Of a DNA stretch of 28,085 nt, positions 1 through 10,338 are shown in pieces. Source of the DNA: Paraspadella gotoi. Its lineage: Eukaryota; Animalia; Chaetognatha. The translations under genes and the position numbers were made by a program. The notes beneath the pieces were generated by a model. The model made no database searches. It saw only the letters and a list, made by a program, of their open reading frames with translations, and was not told the DNA's origin. The stretch covers positions 1 through 28,085 of the forward strand of contig JBJCIZ010000431.1 of assembly GCA_051294375.1 (NCBI GenBank), in the 5' to 3' direction. Positions within the stretch are counted from its first letter, which is position 1. Each line of letters begins with the position of its first letter.

Positions 1-912
1 TCGTCCATTTTTTTTTCTTCTTTTCATCTGATATATTAATAAATGTATGTTTAAGCATAATGCGCGCGCATTTTATTTTATTTTNNNNNNNNNNNNNNNN
101 NNNNNNNNNNNNNNNNNNNNNNNNNNNNNNNNNNNNNNNNNNNNNNNNNNNNNNNNNNNNNNNNNNNNNNNNNNNNNNNNNNNNNNNNNNNNNNNNNNNN
201 NNNNNNNNNNNNNNNNNNNNNNNNNNNNNNNNNNNNNNNNNNNNNNNNNNNNNNNNNNNNNNNNNNNNNNNNNNNNNNNNNNNNNNNNNNNNNNNNNNNN
301 NNNNNNNNNNNNNNNNNNNNNNNNNNNNNNNNNNNNNNNNNNNNNNNNNNNNNNNNNNNNNNNNNNNNNNNNNNNNNNNNNNNNNNNNNNNNNNNNNNNN
401 NNCATCGGCGCTTAAAGAGATTCCGGCCAAATTAGACGTGACAAATAGCAAACCCAGATTTGGATCCATAAAATACGGACGCAAAGACACGTTAACCTTC
501 GACAAGTCGTCCTTGGTCTTGTAGACGCTCATCGAAATTCCCAANNNNNNNNNNNNNNNNNNNNNNNNNNNNNNNNNNNNNNNNNNNNNNNNNNNNNNNN
601 NNNNNNNNNNNNNNNNNNNNNNNNNNNNNNNNNNNNNNNNNNNNNNNNNNNNNNNNNNNNNNNNNNNNNNNNNNNNNNNNNNNNNNNNNNNNNNNNNNNN
701 NNNNNNNNNNNNNNNNNNNNNNNNNNNNNNNNNNNNNNNNNNNNNNNNNNNNNNNNNNNNNNNNNNNNNNNNNNNNNNNNNNNNNNNNNNNNNNNNNNNN
801 NNNNNNNNNNNNNNNNNNNNNNNNNNGGTGATTTTTGTGACCGGTTCGATGGCTCGAGATTTTGAAGCGATCGTAGTAACCGATCCATCTCCGTGGCCAA
901 TATGAGGATAGG
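1..912. repeat. Gapped second copy of 4211-4790 (local duplication or redundant assembly)
   Basis: 1-84 matches 4211-4290, 403-544 matches 4429-4570 and 827-912 matches 4703-4789, in the same order and orientation. Differences are mostly small indels and the pieces are separated by N runs. Confidence 0.9.
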
Positions 913-1190
913 GGTAGAAAAGTTTTCCCAACAAAGTGTGAACAGAATAGTGGTCAGAATGAAGAAGGACGGGTGAAAAGAAGTGAAATCTTGAGAAGAG
1001 ATGCAGGAGAGAGGAGAGAAGCAGGGATAAATAAATAATAAACCTATCTCTCTCTTCTCTCCTCTTAATGCACAAATTTTAAACGCATTCTGTCAAAACG
1101 CTGATGAAGACTTGTAAAACAATCGAAACATGTCTGTTAACATATAAATAAAATTTGTTGGCAAACAAAAACTTTGTCAATTCTCTAATT
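913..1190 (+). mobile_element. Probable Penelope-like element pseudo-LTR remnant
   Basis: Sequence switches abruptly from the duplicated gene fragment at ~912. Contains a minimal hammerhead followed by AATAAA, the usual PLE pLTR layout. No RT or GIY-YIG ORF seen. Confidence 0.4.
1097..1138 (+). ncRNA. Minimal type I hammerhead ribozyme (Penelope/retrozyme type)
   Basis: Core CTGATGA (1101-1107) + extra A; stem II GA(C)TTGT-AAA-ACAATC; GAAAC-AT-GTC giving palindromic mini stem III ACATGT and a GUC cleavage triplet (1132-1134); stem I AACG/TGTT. Confidence 0.75.
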
Positions 1191-1384
1191 CTTTTCTTTA
1201 ATGCATTCATTCACTTAATTTATTCTTTTATTTTAAACAAAAGATATTATTGTTTAATTATTCTATGAATTTTAATTAAATTTGTTAATTTGGTTCCTAT
1301 GAATATTTAATTAAATCATTTATTCATAATTCTATCTATTATTTATTTACTTTATTATTTGTATGAATCAATAATTTTTTATCT

Positions 1385-1665
1385 ATCATCATTTTTTAAA
1401 CTTGGATCTTTTTTGATTTACATTATTTTAACTGGCATCAATTTTTTCAAACTGCAAATTTTTTTTAAACATGGATTAATTTTTTTATTTATATTATTTT
1501 CAACATTAATCATATTTTGAATTTGCATTATTTTTTTAAAGCTATATAAGTTTTTGAAATTGATTATTTTTTTTAATTTGTATTATTTTTCCAACTTTCA
1601 TCATGTTTTTATCTTGGATCATTTTTTAACTTGCATCATTTTTTAACTAGGCTTCAATTTTTGAC
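1385..1665 (-). repeat. Degenerate ~18-bp minisatellite (AACTTGCATCATTTTTT family)
   Basis: Same unit as the reverse complement of the 25490-25870 array and as 26745-26795. Confidence 0.7.
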
Positions 1666-1814
1666 ATTAATCACACATTTAAAAGAAAAAAAAAATTTAT
1701 TTATTATTTATTTATTAATTTTAACAATACAAATTGAAAGTTTTTCAAATGACCCCATTGATCTGAATTTAAAAAAAATATCAAATACAAACTATAAATA
1801 CATTTTTAACAAAA

Positions 1815-1946
1815 AAGCCGGAGGGCGTAAGGAGGCGAACTTGGAGGCATGCCGGAAAAAAATGAGAGGCGAACGCAAAACCGGGGCGAGGGAGTCTCGG
1901 GAGGCGGGAGTGGAGGCGGGCAAATTCACCGCCTCCAGCATCCCTG
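1815..1946 (-). mobile_element. Terminus of a hAT-like DNA transposon/MITE
   Basis: Minus strand begins CAGGGATG (Ac-type TIR start) at 1946, followed by clustered GGAGGC/GAGGCG subterminal repeats. Partner end not found. Confidence 0.4.
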
Positions 1947-2134
1947 GTTTAATCACTCTCACCTTCTCAATTCCTTTTCAATAATTGGCAAATTTCTTTT
2001 TTAAATGTCTTGACTCTATCTCGTAGTTTTGTGAGAATGGAAACTGCCTTCGAGAGGAATCAACTGTACATTAATCAATATATTTCTCTTAAACTTTTTA
2101 CACTTTACGTCAAATCTAGAAAACTTGGGGGCGG

Positions 2135-4218
2135 TTAAACCTTCGTGTTGACTTTATCATCGTCGTCGTCTTCTTCCGCCTCATTCACCTCCTCTTCCCG
2201 CTTCTCGAGCTTTAAAATAGCTTTGTCGTTTTTGAGTTCGTACTCTCTGTCGATGTCTCTCGAGAGGGACCAAAAGGTTTTGTCCGATTCGTTCGAAAGC
2301 CCCCCTCCGTCATAAATATCGGCGGTTTCGATTCCATTTCCGTTTGAACTCCGACGGAGATGTCCTTTGGATTGGGGGACGTCATTGTCCGAGAGAGAAG
2401 AGAGCGAGAGAGGAGGCGATGGACGCCGTCGAGGAGGCGATGGAGAAAAGAGCGATGGAGAGTCGTTTTTCAATCTCGCAGGATCTATCGAGGCGATGCG
2501 AAAAAGCAGTTGCGAACGCGTCGCCGCATTCGCTGCAGCTGCTGGGCTGCCGTAACCGTTGCGACTGTAATGGGACCGAGGAAAAGTCAAATTGTTCGCG
2601 GGTCGGCTCTCGAGGAAAAGTTATTTGCGAGGGATAAAGGGGGGAGGGGTGTAGAGCCCGAGGGGGACCCTCGTCTCTTTTTTTCTCTTCTAGTTTTAGG
2701 CCCATGTCTTGTCGGCGCTAAGATCAATGGTTCTGACGAATCGGCGTCGTTAATCAAATCATAATAACGTTCGACATTTGATCTAAAGAAAGAGAAAGAG
2801 AGGAAATTAACATATTAATTATAAGTCTAAATTGATTAACTTTTTCTTCCGTCATTAAACCCAAAGAGATTGAAAATCATTACACCAATCGCTATAAACG
2901 GCATTCATAACATTGTCTGTCAAAGTAACCACATTGCCGAGAGTACTGATAGTGGGAAGCAAATAACGAAAGGCCATCGCTTGTACGCCCATATTTTTAA
3001 AGAACCGTTAATAGTTTCCATGCATTTTCTGATGTGTCGAATTTTAAGACGAAGAGAAAGATCGTGGAGCATCGAGACAACGACGCCGCGATACAGATCT
3101 TTGAGACATGGTCGATTTCTCGTTTGACTGGGCGATTTTCCACCATTTCGAAGACTCGCTGAAAGAGATTTATATTTTGATGCGCAAATATTTACATTTT
3201 TTATATTTGTTCAGTTTTAGTTTTGCGTAAAGAATGTTAGTAGACAAATCTTCCAATAGACACACGACGGAGATATTGACAGTTTTTGTCGTCCTTTCTT
3301 CCAACGTTATAAACCAGTTTAGTAGAGATAATATATCTGATCAATTCCCAAGGTGACGTTTCCAAATTTATTAAGAATTTGAAGAGCTACGAGAACAAAA
3401 TCTGTCATGTCTAAACGAGAGAGGGGGGTGTAATCGCACAATTTAAAATTTAAAACTCTTGTTTTATAAATTCTACCTTCAAAATATTTACAAGTACAAT
3501 TACCCTCATACGGATCTGAAAAATAAACGTAGGAGAATTTACATGACACAAATATTTACTTCTCTCTGCCAATATAAATGATACTTATTAAAAAGATTTT
3601 TGTTTCCTCCTTAAAGATGTTGTTATGACTGATAACATTGTAACGCCAAATCTTTCCCTCCGCATTTAGCAAAATGGCTAAAGGCAAGCAGGCGTCGTAA
3701 CGTTCGAACCATTTACATAAATGATGAAGCTCCAACCAATGGTGCTGAGAATGACAATCATTTCCTTCGGAAGATGGCGACTATTTTCGTTGTTTTGAGA
3801 AAAATAGTTTTGAGTTAGTTTTAAACCGATATAATATCGGTCATCGAAGTAGCGTCGTAAAGAGCCCTATCCATAAACATCCCCAATAAATGAAGGTCGG
3901 GCGCCGCGAGGTGCTCAGAGTTCTACAAACATCTTCCTTCGCCTCTCGCCAGATTGAGGCGAATCGCTCCGACGACGACGATAGATTACGTCGGTCAAGT
4001 TAGCGGCGTGATCGAGCGGGGAAAATTGTCGTGAAAGATTCGATCCACCTCGATGAGAGACTGAAGAGAGTTTCGCTAAAAAGCCAAAATGGATTTGTGA
4101 TAACTTCTTGGTGGCGAAGAGACTCTCACGCCCACTCCCGGAGTCATAAACCAAAAGTCTTTTGACGAATCATCGACAAAGTCTTCCTCTTTAAGCGATC
4201 TATCTCGGCGTCGTCCAT
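2135..4218 (-). pseudogene. Frameshifted orphan protein-coding region, probably spliced
   Basis: ATG at 4218 (MDDAEIDRLKRK...). Coding-like segments continue across frameshifts (...HHWLELHHLCKWFERYDACLPLAILL..., ...CKFSYVYFSDPYEGNCTCKYF...). Acceptor-like sites near 3159 and 2783; acidic C-terminus ending at 2135. No family recognised. Confidence 0.45.
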
Positions 4219-4384
4219 TTTTTTTTCTTTTCATCTGATATATTAATATAATATGATTAAGCATAATGCGCGCGCATTTTATTTTATTTTTTTTTTTGCA
4301 AGCTTAATAGTAACGATTACATAGATGGCATTTTCCAATTATAAACGATTATTAATGTTTCTTTTTGATTTTTTTTTTTTTAGA

Positions 4385-5901
4385 TCACTTTGACGATCTT
4401 TTGGATCAATTTAAGCAATCCATGAATTCATCGGCGCTTAAAGAGATTCCGGCCAAATTAGACGTGACGAATAGCAAACCCAGATTTGGATCCATAAAAT
4501 TGGACGCAAAGACACGTTAACCTTCGACGAAGTCGTCCTTGGTCTTGTAGACGCTCATCGAAATTCCCAAACTCTCCGTCACGGCATAACGCGGGCCGTT
4601 AACTGTGTCGGCGATGTCGCTGAGACTCTCCAGCTTCTTCAGCTCGTCTTTGGCTTTCGTTTCGTACAGATGAATGAGACGTTCCATCTCCTCTTTGTTC
4701 ACGGTGATTTTTGTGACCGGTTCGATGGCTCGAGATTTTGAAGCGATCGTAGTAACCGATCATCTCCGTGGCCAATATGAGGATTAGGGAGTATCTCTCC
4801 TTGTAGATCCAAATGCCACTCTCATCCTCGGTGAACTTGACAATGACGTAGGGAGAAAGAACCCAGTAGTCAGACAAGACCATCTTTGACCCACGGTGCA
4901 TGTCGTCAAATCCATCGACTCGTGTAGGTTGATTGGCGTAGAGACAGATTTTGAGGTCTTAAAAAAATAAAATTAAAAAAAATTAAGTCAGAGAAAAGAG
5001 AGAGAGAGAGAGATATATTTTTTTTTATTTACCTCTTGCATTGCTTCTTAGCATTGTCGACGAGACACTGCCGGACTCTGATTGGCGACATTGTCCGCTA
5101 AGAAATCGTTTTCGATTAAAACGACCGATTGATCGATAGGAATTACGTCATCTCCCTGACTCGATGTCAAATCCAAGCGCCTAAATAATACAAATTGATA
5201 ATAAAAATATATAAATTAAGATATATAGACATAATATTAACCTTTTTGCGGCATTGTTTTGTTCGAATTCATCTCTGCGTCTAATTTCTCTTCTTAAACG
5301 AATCAAGTCCAATTGATTTTCTCTTAAAGAACTTTGTAAGAAATTAATGGTCAGTCACGAGATTGGATGTCAGATCTGAGATAGAGACAGATATAATATT
5401 TAAAAATAAAATTAATAAGGTATCATTAATGAGGTGTTACTTGTTTTTTTCATGATGGCAATAGCTTCTTCCAAAGCTCTGCCTCTTGAATATGTTGTAA
5501 ACTTAAACTGATGACAAATTTCGCAGCGAGTTATAAACTAAATAAAAAAACCATATACAATATTTCTATTTTATTCCATTACTTCTTAATATTAATTACC
5601 GAATTTCGACAGATGCGCAGGTTGGGTTTTATTGCAAATATTTTTTCAAAACATTGAGAACAGATGGGGTGCCCTATTTTTAACAGGGTAAGGGGAAAAG
5701 GGATCTTATGTTTTTTAAACGAGAAAATACTTTAATAAAGCGATCTTTTGGATCGATGAGAAAATAAAATTTTTAAAAAACAAAAGACACACATTTTTTT
5801 ATTCTACCTTGAGTGCAGGTATAAATTTTATCTTTCGTCGTAAAATGCAAAAAACAAACTGGACAACTTAAAGATGTAACAATGTCTTGGTCAACCTCCA
5901 T
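4385..5901 (-). CDS. Spliced C3HC4 RING-finger (SINA/Siah-type RING) protein, probable E3 ubiquitin ligase; contains frameshifts
   Basis: Exon 5901-5808 MEVDQDIVTSLSCPVCFLHFTTKDKIYTCTQG joins exon 5673-5600 HPICSQCFEK..KPTCA.CRNS (indels corrected), then exon ~5537-5441 FITRCEICHQFKFTTYSRGRALEEAI. Further exons at ~5332-5242, ~5180-5033 and ~4958-4385, with GT-AG introns. Confidence 0.8.
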
Positions 5902-6281
5902 ATAAAGAAAATGATCTTAAAAACCGACAATCTGAAAAATCAAAAAAGACGAGGCTTTTTATAGCATGAGAAATCTGCGAGGGCGACAAACGAAAAAAAA
6001 AAAGGATTAAAAAAAAATTTAGATGGTAAAATTAACAAAGTAAATTGTAAAAGTTTAAACCCTTCCCCCCCCAAAAACATTGCGGAATGTTCGTCTTAAA
6101 GAAGAGATCAAAATCTAAAGATAAGGATTTTTTTAGAGGCGGGCCAAAAGACATTATTCTTTCTTATCACCAGACAACTTTTTTTTAAGTTTCTTTTTAA
6201 TCCGAATCTTTTATTTTCAATTGTTCTCATTTCCATTCATTCATTCACCGCCTTCCGTCTCCTTTCCGCCATTTTCAAAGG
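5902..6281. promoter_or_regulatory. Short divergent promoter region
   Basis: 380 bp between head-to-head ATGs. TATAAAAA on the minus strand at 5956-5963; GC-box-like GAGGCGGGCC at ~6136. Confidence 0.5.
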
Positions 6282-8055
6282 ATGCATCTCTTTGTCATCA
6301 TTCATTTCTTTTCTTTATTCCAACATCTAGGAGATTTAGGACCTGCGTGTAAGTCTATTGTTTATTATCTTTTTCGCCTTTCAATTGGCAAAAGAAAGAA
6401 TTTTTTTTTTCTAAAGTTGGAAACAATTGGTCCCGATGACATTCCGCCTTGGAAACGGTCGACGAAGGTCTCAATGACGTCAACGACACGCCGGCAATCG
6501 TCACTTCGATAAACTCCTATTCACGACTAAAAACCTTCTCNNNNNNNNNNNNNNNNNNNNNNNNNTCTACTCCCACTTCATTTACAAAGACGACGACGAT
6601 TGCTCATACAAAGGACTCACTCTCTTCAATAACGTCGCCCACATTTAACAACAGTCAATCATCATCTTCATCGGGTATTACGAATCCAATTGCAACCTCC
6701 TCTTCCACTCCCACTTCAAGTACAAAGACGGCAGCGATTACTCAAACAAAGGACTCAATCTTTTCGACGACGTCGCCCACAATCAACCACAATCAGTCGT
6801 CATAAATCGTTTCGTCGAGTATTACAAGTCCAATTGCAACGAAGGCCAACTTGATTTCTTCAACTAGACCATCCACAATCCAGTCCAACCACACCTCTTC
6901 CATCATTTCATCGAGTATTACGAGTCCAATAACACAGCCCACAATCAACTACAATCAATCATCATCCACTTCTTTATCACATATTGCGAGTCCAATTGCA
7001 ACGAGGGCCAACTTAATTTCATCGACGAGACCATCCACAGTCAAGTCCAACCACACCTCTTCCATCATTTCATCGAGAATTACGAGTCCAATAACACAGC
7101 CCACAATCAATCAATCATATCCACTCCTTTATCACATATTACGAGTCCAATTGCAACGAGGGCCAACTTGATTTCATCGACGAGACCATCCACAGTCGAG
7201 TCCAACCACACCTCTTCTCCTCATTTCATCGAGTATTACAAGTCCAACGCCAACGAAGAACAGTCGTCTTTTCAACGAAGGATCCACGAAGAAAAACGCT
7301 ACGAAAACGGCTGCTCGATCTTCAGCATCATCGACAACAGTGAGTAAATATTTTTTATATTATAAAAGATGGGGGCTAATATAGTTTTTTATTAATAGGT
7401 TAATATTAGAAATTAGAATGGTAAAAAGACTTCTAATTTCGTTAATCATCATCGTCGTCGTGATCGTCTTTGTCAATGGCATCGGATCCTACTTAAAGAG
7501 GCTAGAGACAATGGATTTTCAAGGAGAGGAAGAGAAGATATAGAAATGACAAGGCTAATTGAAGAGAGAGAGGAAGGTGAAGAGGAAAGAGGTGGGGTAG
7601 AGGAATATTTAGAACCACTTCGCTCAGCGATAATGCAGAAATCAAACGAAGAGATGGAAGAATTACAATTACTGCCAGAGCTCCGAGAGTTTCGGGGAAG
7701 AGAGAGAGGAAGAAGAAAGAGTGGGAAGAGGGATTTCAATATTACAGCAGAGCTGAGATGGGGTGTGGATGGGCGAAGAACAGATGAAACAAGATTTGTA
7801 GAAGGAGAACGAACAGAAAGAATTGAAATGGAAGAGGAAATACGACAGATTTATAGGGAGTAGAGAGAGAGCTAGAAAGAGAAAGGGGAGGCGATAGAGA
7901 CATAGAAGAAGAAGAGAAGAAGAGGGATGGGGCCCGGCGAAGAGTGGAGCGAGTTTGAGGATTACGAAGAGATAGGTAAAAAATTAAAGTTAAATATTTT
8001 TAAAAAATAAAAGTATTAATCACTTTTTATTTCTCTTCATTCAGAGATGACGTAG
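6282..8055 (+). CDS. Spliced mucin-like type I membrane glycoprotein (frameshifted in this assembly)
   Basis: Signal-like exon 6282-6348 (MHLFVIIHFFSLF...; GTAAGT donor); Ser/Thr-rich repeat exon ~6417-7339 with NxS/T sites; hydrophobic LLISLIIIVVVIVFV at ~7430-7475; Glu/Arg-rich tail ending ...EFEDYEEI|EMT* across intron 7976-8044. Confidence 0.7.
6566..7245 (+). repeat. Coding tandem repeats of the mucin domain
   Basis: Two ~138-bp units, then ~155-162-bp units (AGTCCAATTGCAACG recurs at ~6828, ~6989, ~7144). Confidence 0.85.
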
Positions 8056-8159
8056 TTAATCTGGGATGATCGAATGGAGTGATGGACTACGAATGGTGAC
8101 AATGTATATATTGTATAGCAATCGTAATAAATATTATAAGTTAGATAAATGTACTAAAT

Positions 8160-8480
8160 AAAACCGGCGTTAAGTGCCAAGTGTTACAGATCTTTTTTTC
8201 AAATAAAGAATCTATGTAAAATCTTTTTAAGAATACAATTGGCTCATGCGTAGGTTTTAAATCTTTTAAGCAAGAGAAAAATATATGTGGGTGAATGTCA
8301 TTCATGTTATTGTATAATAGAAACCGGCATTTTTTTTTTTCAATACAATGGATTTTTTTAGTGAATAGATTCGTGCGTAGGATTTAAATCTGTTTAATCT
8401 TTTCTATTAAAAGATAAGGTGTATGTAGGTGAAGGTAATTCATGCCCCATTTGCGCAATAGAAGTAGCAGTATATAAATA
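8160..8480 (+). promoter_or_regulatory. Diverged tandem duplication leading into a C/EBP-like palindrome and TATA box
   Basis: AAACCGGC...TGCGTAGG.TTTAAATC...TATGT.GGTGAA.GT.ATTCATG occurs twice; TTGCGCAA at 8451-8458; TATATAAA at 8471-8478; ATG at 8491. Confidence 0.5.
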
Positions 8481-8490
8481 AAAGACGGTG

Positions 8491-8997
8491 ATGTCCTTTC
8501 GACAGCGCATTTTAAAAATGTCAGCGAGAAGCGATCTCATAAAAATTTGTCACCAAATAGAATTTTACAAATTGCCCAAAGATCAAAAAATTTGCATATT
8601 ACAAACTAAAAAACCAAGCATTGATTTTACAATAAATAAATTAATATCATGGACTTTAAAAGATTTTCTTAAATGCATCAAAAGAGTAAACCTAGAAGAA
8701 TTTATCCATTTTATGGAAACATCTGAAACAAAAGAGCACTTACAAAGCAAACGCGATCAATGAGGAGAAAAACTCGAGATTGAACTCATAATAAAAAGTG
8801 GCAAAAATCCAGAGAGAGAATAAACTCTTTATCAGAAACTCGGTCAAGAAAAAAGCGAATTAGACTTTGCAGTAAGGGGAAACGAAAACATCAAATCGCT
8901 AATACTATTTTTACTGGAGAAAACATAAGATTGAAAAATTTATAACTAAAAAATGGAATTAAATAAGAATATGAAATGTGCTAAGGGGTTTACATAA
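8491..8997 (+). CDS. Intronless orphan ORF, disrupted after 8763
   Basis: ORF 8488-8763 downstream of a TATA box. Coding-like sequence continues to ...MKCAKGFT* with TAA at 8995-8997. Confidence 0.45.
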
Positions 8998-9485
8998 TGG
9001 GACTAAAAAATGAAAAGCTCAAAATAATTAAATTGGAAACAAATGATCCCATTCGCGTAGAAACTTGTATAAAATTTAGTCTCATCGACTTTAAAGAATT
9101 ATTCCCTAAGTCTTTACAAAAATTAAACAAGTTTATGTGCGATCCTGAAAGAATCGATTTCGACGATCAAAAAGAAGACGAAGACACACTACGAATAGAG
9201 ATGGACAAATTTTACTTAGAAGTATATTACGTAGAAAACGAAGAAGAAGAAGCAACATTAAGTTTTTGTCCCTGGTCAACAAGGTGTGACAACGAGGACG
9301 ACGAATTACTACGAAGCAAAGACTTTGACCGTCTCAAAATTAAGGGGCATTTTTTAATTGTCGATTTTTTAAATTTTTTAACATTTCAAAGCGAAGCGAT
9401 AATTGATATGTTTCCCTACAGATGCGACAATTGTAATAAGATTTGCGACAATTGTTCTAAGGACAAACAGGTTGTCTCCGAATGA
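8997..9485 (+). CDS. Intronless acidic orphan protein, 162 aa, with C-terminal CxxC-xxx-CxxC
   Basis: Intact ORF in AT-rich DNA; CDNCNKICDNC near the C-terminus; AATAAA at ~9650. Confidence 0.65.
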   Translation: MGLKNEKLKIIKLETNDPIRVETCIKFSLIDFKELFPKSLQKLNKFMCDPERIDFDDQKEDEDTLRIEMDKFYLEVYYVENEEEEATLSFCPWSTRCDNEDDELLRSKDFDRLKIKGHFLIVDFLNFLTFQSEAIIDMFPYRCDNCNKICDNCSKDKQVVSE

Positions 9486-9489
9486 TAGG

Positions 9490-9595
9490 TTTTTTAATTA
9501 AAAGTTTGGCGGCCCATGCTTCGCATGACCCGCCAAACTTTAATACCAAATTAAAAAATCCCACCGGGGAAGCGAAGCATTTTTTGCTTCGTAGT
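9490..9595. other. Pair of strong hairpins with GCGAAGC motifs
   Basis: AAAGTTTGGCGG (9501-9512) pairs with CCGCCAAACTTT (9530-9541) around CATGC-TTC-GCATG; second hairpin CGAAGCA-TTTTT-TGCTTCG (9573-9591). Confidence 0.8.
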
Positions 9596-9942
9596 TCCAA
9601 TTCAATTTACCATTATGAGTTCCATTTATTTGCATGTCCTATATTTTCTAAATAAAACGTTCTTTTGTTTACGATCGTCGTCTTTTCGATAGACTACGCC
9701 TTCACATTTTCTTAGTCGAGTTAATAACAAATGATCTTGATTTTCGAGTCAACGTTTCTTAGTTTAATATATAGACATGTTAAATATTAAATAACTGACT
9801 AGTTTGTTTTTTTTTTAAACTATGACATTATCTAAAATACTAAATCAATTTGATAAAGTTATTAAAAAGATTGCCGTTAGAATAAAGACAGGTCTATACT
9901 ATTGCAAAATATGTTATTAATGCAGTAATACACAATGTCGTG

Positions 9943-10285
9943 TCATACAAGACAAGTCGTAGGCGTGGCTAAAGAGTTGATGACGTGTGATGACGTCATG
10001 TCATACCGAAAGAAGTTAGTACAGTCAAAATTGATGACGTCGTGTAATACCGAGAGTAGTGGGTGTGGCCAGAAGTGATGACGTCGTGTAATACCGAGAG
10101 TAGTGGGTGTGGCCGGAAGTGGTGACGTCATGTCATATCGGTAAAAATATGAAAAGAAATTGTTAGGATAAAAAAAGGTCTTTTCTATTGCGAAAAATGC
10201 CATGAATGCGGATGTACATTCCTTTCCGATGACGTCATGTCATACCGGAAGTAGTGGGTGTGGCCGGAAGTGATGACGTCATCAG
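9943..10285. promoter_or_regulatory. ~44-bp repeat array of CRE (TGACGTCA), GT-box (GGGTGTGG) and ETS (CCGGAAGT) motifs
   Basis: Unit TGATGACGTCRTGT.ATACCG..AGTAGTGGGTGTGGCC.GAAG repeated. Perfect TGACGTCA at 9991, 10123, 10230 and 10274. Confidence 0.75.
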
Positions 10286-10338
10286 AAAGGAATGTACATC
10301 CGCATTCTTGGCATTTTTCGCAATAGTACAGACCTTTT
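10174..10338. repeat. Imperfect palindrome with ~65-bp arms
   Basis: AAAAGGTC...TATTGCGAAAAATGCCA.GAATGCGGATGTACATTCCTTTC.GATGACGTCA and its reverse complement flank one repeat unit. Confidence 0.9.

Noticed and set aside
47-900. ORFs of 110-154 aa at the window start
   Set aside because: They are open only because they run through N gaps.
1815-1940. Clustered GAGGC pentamers resembling a polyomavirus T-antigen origin
   Set aside because: No T antigen or SF3 helicase nearby; better explained as subterminal repeats next to a CAGGGATG transposon end.
2344-2764. Several plus-strand ORFs
   Set aside because: Antisense shadows of GC-richer minus-strand coding sequence; splice signals point to the minus strand.
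9943-10285. CRISPR-like periodic repeats
   Set aside because: The units are tandem without unique spacers, there are no cas genes, and the context is eukaryotic.
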